A stretch of DNA of 64,000 nt from an uncultured delta proteobacterium (lineage in GTDB: Bacteria > Desulfobacterota > BSN033 > UBA1163): the NCBI GenBank assembly GCA_963708295.1, contig CAVPSJ010000004.1, positions 384,001-448,000 of the forward strand, in the 5' to 3' direction. How positions within the stretch are numbered: position 1 is the first letter of the stretch; each line of letters opens with the position of its first letter. The position numbers were made by a program, and so were the translations under genes. The notes beneath the pieces were generated by a model that searched no databases, was not told where the DNA came from, and saw only the letters and a list, made by a program, of their open reading frames with translations. Shown here in pieces: positions 18,117-26,842 of the stretch.

Positions 18117-18206
18117 TTATTTCTTCTTATGGCGATCCCGGTCGAGCTGTTTTTTGTGTTTGTGCTTTCGCATCTTCTTTCGGCGTTTCTTGACCACGCT
18201 TCCCAT
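18117..18206 (-). CDS. Small ribosomal protein bS22 (AURKAIP1/COX24-domain)
   Basis: MGSVVKKRRKKMRKHKHKKQLDRDRHKKK, 29 aa, RBS GGGAGGG; below ORF-track cutoff. Confidence 0.85.
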   Translation of the reverse strand: MGSVVKKRRKKMRKHKHKKQLDRDRHKKK

Positions 18207-18264
18207 GATCTTCCCTCCCTTCTATTCTCCAAACGATCTTTGAAATCATTCCAAACGCATACGA

Positions 18265-18498
18265 TTAATCCACGATCACATTGGTCTGAGTTCTGATCAC
18301 GCCGGAGAGCCCTTGAATCTTGGTGACGATGAAATCCCCAAGAATATTGATATCCGGAGCCTCCACCAGAACGATGACATCATAGGGGCCCGTCGTCGCA
18401 TTGGCTCGCTTCACCCCTTGTATCTTTGACGCTTCCTTCGCCACATCCCTGGCCGCTCCCGCCGTACACTCAATAAAGACATATGCTGAAATCGGCAT
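18265..18498 (-). CDS. Stand-alone Lrp/AsnC ligand-binding domain protein
   Basis: TTGPYDVIVLVE, IQGLSGVIRTQT. Confidence 0.85.
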   Translation of the reverse strand: MPISAYVFIECTAGAARDVAKEASKIQGVKRANATTGPYDVIVLVEAPDINILGDFIVTKIQGLSGVIRTQTNVIVD

Positions 18499-18584
18499 GC
18501 CCCACCTCCTCCCTGAAGAAGATTATATCAAACCTCATCCGATTTCAAGTCTAAAATGTCTAAAATGTTGTGAAAACGAAAAGA

Positions 18585-18869
18585 CTATTTGAAGAGCAAG
18601 TTCGGTATCCACATCGTTAACCCGGGCCAGTAAGTAATTAAGAGGACGGCGGCAAAATTCACTCCCAAATAAGGAAGGAGGGGTTTGGCGACCTCAGACA
18701 CGTCAACCTTCCCAATGCTGCAGCCGATAAAGACTCCGAGACCGATGGGAGGCAAGAAAAGGCCGATCCCCATATTGGCAATCAGGATGATACCGAAATG
18801 GATCGGATTAATTCCAAACTGGGTCGCGATGGGAAGAAGTATGGGGACGGTCATGATGAGGGCAGGCAC
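18585..18869 (-). pseudogene. C-terminal fragment of TRAP transporter large permease (DctM)
   Basis: PILLPIA..FGINPIHFGII...IGLFLPPIG; only 94 aa, abuts panB stop. Confidence 0.7.
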
Positions 18870-18885
18870 TCCTTCCTCCCTCTTT

Positions 18886-19722
18886 CTATTTTACCTTGCT
18901 GAGTTCCTCCTCATCCATGTGGAAACTATGTTGGTCCGTCGGAAAGGTCCCTTTCGACACTTCCTCTCTGTATGAGTCGAAGGCCTTGAGCATCAGTTCA
19001 CTCAGATTGACATAGCGTTTGGCGAATTTAGGGGTAAAACGGTCGAAGAGCCCCAGCATATCATGGACAACCAATACCTGGCCGCCACAATGGACGCCCG
19101 CACCGATGCCAATGGTTGGAACGTTCAGGCGCTCTGTCACCCTCTTTGCAATCGGCGCCGGAACGGCTTCGAGGAGAACCGAGAAAGCCCCGGCATCTTC
19201 CAGCGACAGGGCGTCATCGATGATCTTCTGCGCCGCCCGGGCATCTTTGCCTTGAACCTTAAACCCCCCAAGCATGGAAATCGTCTGAGGTGTCAGCCCG
19301 ATATGGCCCATCACCGGAATGCCCGCTTTGACGATGGCTCTCACGGTTTCCTTGACGCTGGCGCCTCCCTCCAACTTCACCGCATCGGCGCCTCCCTCTT
19401 TCATAAACCGGCCAGCATTGAGAATGGCCTCCCTCTCAGAAGCGTTATAGGACATAAACGGCATATCGCCGATGATCAGAGCAATCTTGGCCCCCCGGGA
19501 GACAGCTTTGGTATGGTGAATCATCTCCTCCATGGTGACCGGAACGGTATTCTCGTAACCCAGCACGGTCATCCCCAAGGAGTCTCCTACCAGAATGATC
19601 TCAATTCCCGCCCGGTCTTCGAGAAGGGCCGTGGGATAGTCGTAAGCCGTCAGCATGGCGATTCTCTTTCCCTCTCTTTTCATGGCCTGAACATCTACCG
19701 GGGTGATCTTTTTACGGTCCAT
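18886..19722 (-). CDS. panB: 3-methyl-2-oxobutanoate hydroxymethyltransferase
   Basis: MLTAYD, LVGDSLGM, DMPFMSY, VKLEGG, GHIGLTPQ. Confidence 0.95.
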   Translation of the reverse strand: MDRKKITPVDVQAMKREGKRIAMLTAYDYPTALLEDRAGIEIILVGDSLGMTVLGYENTVPVTMEEMIHHTKAVSRGAKIALIIGDMPFMSYNASEREAILNAGRFMKEGGADAVKLEGGASVKETVRAIVKAGIPVMGHIGLTPQTISMLGGFKVQGKDARAAQKIIDDALSLEDAGAFSVLLEAVPAPIAKRVTERLNVPTIGIGAGVHCGGQVLVVHDMLGLFDRFTPKFAKRYVNLSELMLKAFDSYREEVSKGTFPTDQHSFHMDEEELSKVK

Positions 19723-19741
19723 CTTGTCCTCCCTTTTTTTC

Positions 19742-20041
19742 AAATCCGAAATTCGAAGCACGAAATCCGAAACAAATCTGAATTTTCAAACGAATGCAAG
19801 CGCGTTAAATAATTTGTCATTGCGAGGAAGGAATTGCGAGGCGAAGCCGTGGCAAACCCGGAGATTCTTCACTTTGTTCGGAACAGGCTCTCAATCCCAA
19901 GAAAATCGAGATTGCCACGCCCTTTGGCTCGCAATGACATGTCAATAGTTCAAATGCGTTTGTATCAGCAACAATTTAAACAAACAGAAACGTTTATTAC
20001 TTTGATATTTGAATTTGTTTCGAGCTTCGAATTTCGAATTT
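19742..20041. repeat. Inverted ~7-nt-period repeat arms enclosing a TGTCATTGCGAG...CTCGCAATGACA REP-like element
   Basis: AAATCCG/AAATTCG/AAGCACG units at left, complements at right; 12-bp terminal IR at 19815-19826 and 19928-19939. Confidence 0.7.
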
Positions 20042-20951
20042 AAAAGCTCTTCTCTATGGCCTTTACCAACTCGGTCACTGCTTGGTTAAAAGGGGCAGGG
20101 ATCCCCAAGCGTTGAGCTTCTCTCACCACGGCTCCGTTGATGGCGTCGATCTCCGTTTTCTGCCTGTGGTCAAAATCCTGACCCATGGAAGAACGGTTTG
20201 CCTGGGTCGCTTCTATCACTTTTCGGACTTTCTCAATGGGATCTCCTTCAAGAGGAACCCCTTTTCTTCTGGCGACCTCCGACGCTTCCATCACCAGCTT
20301 CTCCATCAGTCTAACGGTTTCGGGATAATCCAGGAGCTGACCGTTCTTGAACCCAGTTAATGCCGTTAAAGCGTTGATACCTACGTTGGCCAGCAGTTTC
20401 CTCCACACATGATCGTGGATATTCAAGGAAACCTCTGTTTCGATCCCTGCCTCACAAAACGTCTGAGCGATTCGACTCGTCCGATCGGTGATTCGATGAT
20501 CCAGCTCTCCGATCAACGTCTTCCCCCATCCCGCATGGCGAATATGACCCAGCCCTGCTAAGGTCGCCCCATGGCCTGTGACCCCCAGCATCACCTTCGT
20601 TCGATCAATCTTCCGGCAGAGGGCCTCCTCATTGCCCAGGCCATTCTGAAGGGTGAGAAATATCGTATCCTCCTTCTCAAGAACCAGGGCATCTGAAACC
20701 GCCACCTCGATATCGTAGGTTTTGACAAAGAAAATCACCAAGTCAGCTTTTCCAACGGAGGTAACATCGGAGGTGGCGTTCATCCGAATGATCCGGAGCT
20801 CTCCTTTTTCCTCAAGCGTGAGACCGGCTGAGCAGATCGCATCGATCTGGTCCTTTCGGTTACCGACCAGCCAGACCTCCCCTCCCGATAGGGTGAGGAG
20901 GCCTCCGAAAAGACTTCCCATGGCTCCCGCGCCTATGATCACCGTTTTCAC
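20040..20951 (-). CDS. panE: 2-dehydropantoate 2-reductase
   Basis: GAGAMG, LQNGLG, SSMGQD, TEIDAINGAVV. Confidence 0.93.
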   Translation of the reverse strand: MKTVIIGAGAMGSLFGGLLTLSGGEVWLVGNRKDQIDAICSAGLTLEEKGELRIIRMNATSDVTSVGKADLVIFFVKTYDIEVAVSDALVLEKEDTIFLTLQNGLGNEEALCRKIDRTKVMLGVTGHGATLAGLGHIRHAGWGKTLIGELDHRITDRTSRIAQTFCEAGIETEVSLNIHDHVWRKLLANVGINALTALTGFKNGQLLDYPETVRLMEKLVMEASEVARRKGVPLEGDPIEKVRKVIEATQANRSSMGQDFDHRQKTEIDAINGAVVREAQRLGIPAPFNQAVTELVKAIEKSF

Positions 20952-21032
20952 GATCTTTCCTCAATTCGTAGCCAATGAAAGTTAATCAAGATCGGTTCGA
21001 AAATCAAGATTCGGCGTTCCCCTCCGCAGCGT

Positions 21033-22289
21033 TCAAAACATTTGAACGATCAGAAGAAGCGTGAGGCCGATCATCACGATCGATGTGACCCAGGCGATGA
21101 CATTGAAGACAGGGCCGTTGGTATAATTCATCATCAGCTTCTTATCGTTGATGAGGAGAAGCATGAAAATGAGTACAAAAGGAAGAACCATTCCATTCAG
21201 GACCTGTGAAAAGTACATGATCGGGATGAGAGGGAAGTTCGGGAAAAGGATGATCCCCGCCCCCAAGAAGATGATCAAGGAGTAAAATCCATAGAACTGA
21301 GGGGCCTCGACGAATTTTTTGTCAATTCCAGCCTCCCAGCCTAACCCCTCACAGATGAGATAGGTCGTCGAAAGGGGAAGAATGGATGCCGCAAAGAGAG
21401 AGGCATTGATTAGCCCGGCGGCGAAAAGATAGGTACAGTATTTACCCGCTAAGGGAGAAAGGGAAAGGGCTGCATCCTTGGCTGTCTCAATCTTGACGCC
21501 GTGTTTAAAAAGAGTCTCCGCACAGACGAGGATAATAAAGAAGGCGACGATATGGACGCCGATGGCTCCGAAGACGACATCAAAACGGGCAAACTTATAA
21601 TCTTCAGTTTTTATCCCTTTCTCGATAATCGAAGCCTGGAGGTAGAATTGCATCCAGGGAGCAATCGTCGTCCCCACAATACCGATCAGCATCGTCATCT
21701 CCGAAGGCTGAAGGCTCAAACGGGGATGCAGAAATTGTTCAAAGACATTTCCCCAGTCCGGCTTCACAATGACACCCGTAACGACATAGGAGATATAAAA
21801 CACACAGGCAATCAGAAATACCTTCTCCACGGACTTGTAGGATCCCTTGACCACCATGAGCCACACCAGAAAGGCGCTGATCGGGACAGAGATGAATTTA
21901 TTGACTCCAAAGACCTCCCATCCCGCCGCCACTCCTGCAAATTCGGAAAGGACGTTGCCCATATTGGTTAGAAACACACCGATGACCAGATAAAAAGTAA
22001 TCTTGGCGCCAAATTTTTCACGGATGAGGTCTGAAAGACCTTTTCCGGTCACCACGCCCATGCGAGCACACATCTCTTGGATGACGATCAGGGCGATCAT
22101 GATCGGAATCAGGGACCAGATCAGCTTGAGTCCATATTGCGCCCCGGCCAAAGAATAGGTGGTAATCCCGCCGGCATCGTTATCCACATTGGAAGTGATG
22201 ATGCCGGGCCCCATCAGAATGAAGAAGAGCCCCGCGGTTCTCCATAACGACTGCTTCGAACTCGAAACCCATTTTACATAATCTGCCAT
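21033..22289 (-). CDS. Nramp-family divalent metal transporter (NrmT-like, probably Mg2+)
   Basis: GPGII..NVDNDAGGITTYS, GTTIAPWM; paired with MgtE-N/CBS protein. Confidence 0.88.
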   Translation of the reverse strand: MADYVKWVSSSKQSLWRTAGLFFILMGPGIITSNVDNDAGGITTYSLAGAQYGLKLIWSLIPIMIALIVIQEMCARMGVVTGKGLSDLIREKFGAKITFYLVIGVFLTNMGNVLSEFAGVAAGWEVFGVNKFISVPISAFLVWLMVVKGSYKSVEKVFLIACVFYISYVVTGVIVKPDWGNVFEQFLHPRLSLQPSEMTMLIGIVGTTIAPWMQFYLQASIIEKGIKTEDYKFARFDVVFGAIGVHIVAFFIILVCAETLFKHGVKIETAKDAALSLSPLAGKYCTYLFAAGLINASLFAASILPLSTTYLICEGLGWEAGIDKKFVEAPQFYGFYSLIIFLGAGIILFPNFPLIPIMYFSQVLNGMVLPFVLIFMLLLINDKKLMMNYTNGPVFNVIAWVTSIVMIGLTLLLIVQMF

Positions 22290-22534
22290 GATGCCTTCAT
22301 CACCGCACGGATGGAATGATAGAATAACCTGATTTCATGCTGAAAATAAATCCCATATTCAACGACCTCATGACGGGAGGGTGTTTGACTTTTGCAGGTT
22401 GGTAATCGGTTATTGTTTGGATATTGGAGCTTGGCTATGCTGCTCTGGAACCATCCCCACGGATTTCTTGAAAACGAAATTCAGTTGTCCCTGCCAAGAA
22501 GCGGGCAGAAAACGGGCGGGGAAAAGGCCCACCG

Positions 22535-23770
22535 TCAGGTTCCGATGCCCAGGACGCTCCGGAAGCTGATCACTCCTCTGAGATGACCTTCTTCGTCCAC
22601 AACGGGCAGGGCCCGGAATCCGTATTTCGCAAAGGCCTCCACCACCTCATTCTGGTCTTCATCCACCTTGACGCTCACCACCCTTGAGGGCTGAATTTCA
22701 GCAAGCGTTTGATGGGGGTGGGCTGTGAGAAGATCTCGAATGCTGACCACCCCTTGAAGGATCTCCGCTTCATCCAGTAAAAAAATATAGTCCATGATGT
22801 CTAAATGAGAAGCCCCCGCCTTCAAACGTGCGACGGCCGTCTCTACGGTCACGCTAGGAGAGAGGCTAAGGTAGGCGGTCGTCATCAAACCACCTGCCGT
22901 CTCATCGGGGTGGACGAGAAGTTCTCTCAAATCCTCTGCTTTTTCCTGTTCCATCCCTTCCAGGATCTCTTCAGCTCTCTCCTCAGGAAGATCACCGAGA
23001 AGGTCGGCGGCATCACTGGGAGACATCTCCTCGACGATATCCGAGGCCTTCTCCACGGGAATGGTCTCCATGATGGCCTTCTGGATCTTTGGATCGATCT
23101 CCTCCAGGGTTTCCGCAGCGGTCTCGGTATCCAGGACATGGAAGACGGCAGATCGGTCACGACCACTGAGGTCCTCGATGATATCCGCCAAATCGGCGGG
23201 GTGAAGATGGGAAAGTTTCTTCTGCGAGACACTGAGGTGGAGGAGATCCGAACCCGAAAGGAGTTGAACGTATTTCCACGAGATGAATTGATTGGGAAGG
23301 ACATAGGAGAAGAACCATCGGAGGGCCTGATCCACCAACTTCTCCCATCCGACCCTCCGCATCAAACCACGAAATCCCACATCGACATGAACCAACCTGA
23401 GACGGGAATCTACTCGAAGAAAGTGAAGGTCATTCACCCTCACCACCTTTGCTCCAAAGGTATCCACGATCTGCTTATCCATGACCTCTTCCCTCAAGAG
23501 AATGATATCCTTTTCAGGAAGGGTCGATTTGAGGTCAATGAGTTCCCTCTCGGAAAGGGCGAACCGGGGCTCGATTTGAATAATCTTCTCCCAGGGAATG
23601 AGCATCTTTTTTCCCCTGGTCCGGACCACGATCCCTGTAATCATGGGATAGGGTTCCGCCCTCTCGGCTACCAAATCCGATATTTTGCCGACCCTCAGTC
23701 CGGCGGGATTGTAGACCCTCCGGTTCAAAAATTCACTGAAGAAGTAAAATTCTTTGAGTCCTTGATCCAT
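22535..23770 (-). CDS. PRC-barrel + MgtE intracellular + CBS domain protein (no TM part)
   Basis: DKQIVD..G.KVVRVND, LHPADLADIIE, ETAGGLMT, ALPVVD. Confidence 0.85.
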   Translation of the reverse strand: MDQGLKEFYFFSEFLNRRVYNPAGLRVGKISDLVAERAEPYPMITGIVVRTRGKKMLIPWEKIIQIEPRFALSERELIDLKSTLPEKDIILLREEVMDKQIVDTFGAKVVRVNDLHFLRVDSRLRLVHVDVGFRGLMRRVGWEKLVDQALRWFFSYVLPNQFISWKYVQLLSGSDLLHLSVSQKKLSHLHPADLADIIEDLSGRDRSAVFHVLDTETAAETLEEIDPKIQKAIMETIPVEKASDIVEEMSPSDAADLLGDLPEERAEEILEGMEQEKAEDLRELLVHPDETAGGLMTTAYLSLSPSVTVETAVARLKAGASHLDIMDYIFLLDEAEILQGVVSIRDLLTAHPHQTLAEIQPSRVVSVKVDEDQNEVVEAFAKYGFRALPVVDEEGHLRGVISFRSVLGIGT

Positions 23771-23983
23771 ACTTCTTTCCGATGATTCCTGTTCACCGCT
23801 AGCCTCCTCTTCATCAAAGCGGGAGGGCGGGATTCAAGGTTCCCGTTCTTTATAACGATTTCAGGAGAAGCTGTCAAACCTAAAAGGATCGGTCGCTCTG
23901 CCCTTCTCTGGATCCCTGTCTTGCCGGAAAGAGCAGGGGCACCTTGCTCTCTGCGCCATGCAGGTCTGAATTTAGAAAAGCGG

Positions 23984-24829
23984 TCAAATCGAAAGTGTTC
24001 TCGTTTTTCCTTCAGCCATCTCGTGCAAAGCTGCCTTGATTGAACTCAACAGATGTCCTTCAAGATCTTTTGAAGACTGAATCGGTAGGAGGAGGCATTT
24101 GAGCTTGGATAACCCTTTGCTCTCCAGGAATTGTTGAAACTTCTTTTCCAGGTCGGATACGTCAACCTTTCTCAAATGAGCCAAGACCCCACGGATTTCC
24201 TCGGGGCTATATCGCTCGATGATATCGTGTTCTCGAAATTGGATCTGGGATTGAAGCTGGTCGAGAGAAGCAGAATCCCCGCCGAATAAGAAAAGGGTTA
24301 GGGTTCGATTCCCAACGAGATCGCGTCTCTCCTCTCCGATTTTTTCGGGGGGAAGCTCATAATCCAACTCCGCAAGTACCCTCAAATTCTTCGTAAAGGC
24401 GACCTGGTTCTCTTTGGAGCGAAACCATGGGAGAGGGGCATCCGGAGGATTCGCTTTCGCAGGGTGTTCTTTCAGCCGTTTTATCGTCTCGATCTGCACC
24501 ATCGTATATTCGAATTTAGAGTAACAATTCTTTACGACGAATCCGAATTCCATAATTTCCTTGTCCCGTACGCTGTCCCGGCGATAGTGCTGTCGATATT
24601 TCCCCTGAAGCAGTTGTTCAACGGCTTTGATCTCTGTCAGACGATTCCGGATCTCCTTATACATCTCCCGGATATCGACGGCAATCCCCGGTGGAACATG
24701 CTTCTCGGGACTGACCACGCGACACATCTCCTGAAAGTCCTTTACGGATTCCTTCAGGTAATGATAGTTGTTTTGGATGGTCCTTTCTAAACTTTTGACA
24801 TACCTTTGATCGCGGTCTTGTGGTTCCAT
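23984..24829 (-). CDS. Hypothetical protein
   Basis: 281-aa open frame with ATG start; no motif recognised. Confidence 0.65.
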   Translation of the reverse strand: MEPQDRDQRYVKSLERTIQNNYHYLKESVKDFQEMCRVVSPEKHVPPGIAVDIREMYKEIRNRLTEIKAVEQLLQGKYRQHYRRDSVRDKEIMEFGFVVKNCYSKFEYTMVQIETIKRLKEHPAKANPPDAPLPWFRSKENQVAFTKNLRVLAELDYELPPEKIGEERRDLVGNRTLTLFLFGGDSASLDQLQSQIQFREHDIIERYSPEEIRGVLAHLRKVDVSDLEKKFQQFLESKGLSKLKCLLLPIQSSKDLEGHLLSSIKAALHEMAEGKTRTLSI

Positions 24830-24991
24830 TGTTTTATCCCAGCCCTATTCTACTCCAACTTGTCCCATTCTCCAATATGAATAAAAGATTGATTCATCAT
24901 TTTGAGGTTCATTGCCATAACGAAACGGGCATCCCTTCCAGCGCCTTCCTGCCCCGCCCTCAGTCGGAACCGGGGCCGGCAGGCGGGGCAC

Positions 24992-25411
24992 CTATTCCGC
25001 TTTGGCGGGGCGAGGCACGTCTCGGTCAAAAGAGTCTAACTGTTTACGGATGGGATCATCCGCGGGAGGCATGGCCAATTTTCCCAGCTCCCCGGGGGTC
25101 ACCCATCGAAGGGCGTGACATCCGATCGGTTTGAGAGAACCTTTTTCAACCCGACAGCGATAGATCAGAAGAAGGATGGGATAGGCTGGATAGAAATGGA
25201 AGACTGCATCGAACAGCCCCCCCACTTCCACTTCAACATCTAATTCTTCCCTGAGCTCTCTTCGCAACGCTTCCCTCGGATCCTCGCCCTCCTCCACCTT
25301 TCCTCCCGGAAATTCCCAGAGGAGTCCGTAGGAGGAATCCTTCTTTCGCTGGGTAACGAGAAGCTTCCCCTGTTCGATGGTCAAGGCCGCGACGACGATC
25401 ATGGTCTTCAT
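24992..25411 (-). CDS. MutT-like NUDIX hydrolase
   Basis: WEFPGGKVEEGEDPREALRRELREEL Nudix box. Confidence 0.88.
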   Translation of the reverse strand: MKTMIVVAALTIEQGKLLVTQRKKDSSYGLLWEFPGGKVEEGEDPREALRRELREELDVEVEVGGLFDAVFHFYPAYPILLLIYRCRVEKGSLKPIGCHALRWVTPGELGKLAMPPADDPIRKQLDSFDRDVPRPAKAE

Positions 25412-25412
25412 C

Positions 25413-26446
25413 TCATCCCTCAATGCAATTCCGTCCAGCCTTCTTGGCCCGATAGAGGGCATGATCTGCTTCACGGATCAAATCCGTCAGTGTGGAGATA
25501 GACGAGGAGAAGGTGGCCACTCCGATACTCACGGTTAAATTCTTATTCGGCTGGGCGCCCTCGTTGGGCATACGGGTATCGGCAACATTTCTTCTCACCC
25601 TTTCCGCAATCTCAAAGGCCTTTTCCCTTCCCGCATTGATTAAGATGGCGGAGAACTCCTCCCCTCCGTACCGGGCCACGATATCGGTCTGCCGGACTCC
25701 TCGCTGAATGAGGAAGGCAATCGCCTTTAACACCTGGTCTCCGGCGAGATGGCCGTTCGCGTCGTTGTAATGTTTGAAATAGTCAATATCGATCATGAGA
25801 AGGGCGAGGGGGGAAGCGTAGCGCTTTTGGCGTTCCACTTCCAAGGTGAGTTGTTGAATAAAAAAACGGTGGTTATAGATGCCCGTGAGGTCGTCGGTAT
25901 AAGAGAGAAGCAACGCCTCCTCTTTCATCACCTCGATCTCCTTCATCCTTTCCTTGTAGAGGTCCCGGATCACCTGAAGTTCCCGGGCGTATAGATCTCT
26001 TTCTCGAATCTTCTCCGTGAACTCTTTCTTCATCCTTTCAAATTCCCCTTCGATCTCGGCCCTCTCTCTCAAGTCTCTCAGCACGACGAAAAAGGCATCC
26101 TCCCTGTGGACCCCGAAAAGCTCGACAGGAATCCGTTCTCCCAACCGACTGATCATCTGTGTCCTGAATCGAACCTTCTTCCCTCGTCCCATCTCCTCAA
26201 ACCCCTCCCGGATTCTGCTGAGGTCTTCGAGGGGAACGACGTCCATCAAGACCCTCTTCCGCAACTCTTCCGGAGGATATCCCAATAGTTCCATCCCCTT
26301 TGGGTTGACCTTTAGAAAGTTCTCCCTCTCGGTCAAGGATAAGGAAAGGTTCTGGGATGGCTTCGAGGATGGATCTCTGGAGCACGGATCTCCTTCTCCA
26401 GCGCCTCCACCTTTGTCCGTATTTCTTTAAGAGAGACGGTTCCCAT
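25413..26446 (-). CDS. PAS + GGDEF diguanylate cyclase (two apparent frameshifts near 5' end)
   Basis: DIDYFKHYND, ARYGGEEF; N-terminus MGTVSLKEI / LQRSILEAIPEPFLILDREG / NFLKVN spread over three frames. Confidence 0.85.
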
Positions 26447-26842
26447 GCCTCGCCCTGCAAATCACAAAGACCGCATAGAGAAGAGGTTTTGACGCGCATG
26501 CGCCAATCGCCTGCTGCATCGCTATACGGCTTCTCAAATACGGGCGATCCGACACTTGTCGATGTATACCAAATTTCCGGGACTGTCAGTGCCGGCAGAT
26601 CGCAGTGGCAATGGATCTATCGAAAGCAATAGAACAAGATCATCCGCCTTCCGCAGGCAAGAGGATTCAAGTATCGTCGGGCAGATCGATATTGTTTGAG
26701 ATTTGACAAGGCATTCATGACGTGCGAGCCATTAGGAAAGCACGATCTGTCAAGATTCGGGCTGCAGAGTCTCGATTGTTGTTCATCAACAAGAGGGATG
26801 AAAGAAGCGGCTGTCGAAAATACACCATGAAGAAGATGTTCA

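Noticed and set aside
7973-23770. Other TGA-ending ORFs as selenoproteins (carrier, 9163-9366 protein, MgtE-like protein)
   Set aside because: Stops do not fall at conserved Cys positions and no homologous sequence is evident beyond them
22805-23785. Long antisense ORFs (326 aa here; also 19063-19812 and 55103-55735)
   Set aside because: Shadows of well-supported genes on the opposite strand, with no motifs
26450-26840. Short ORFs or ncRNA downstream of nrdJ
   Set aside because: No recognisable motif, RBS or convincing structure
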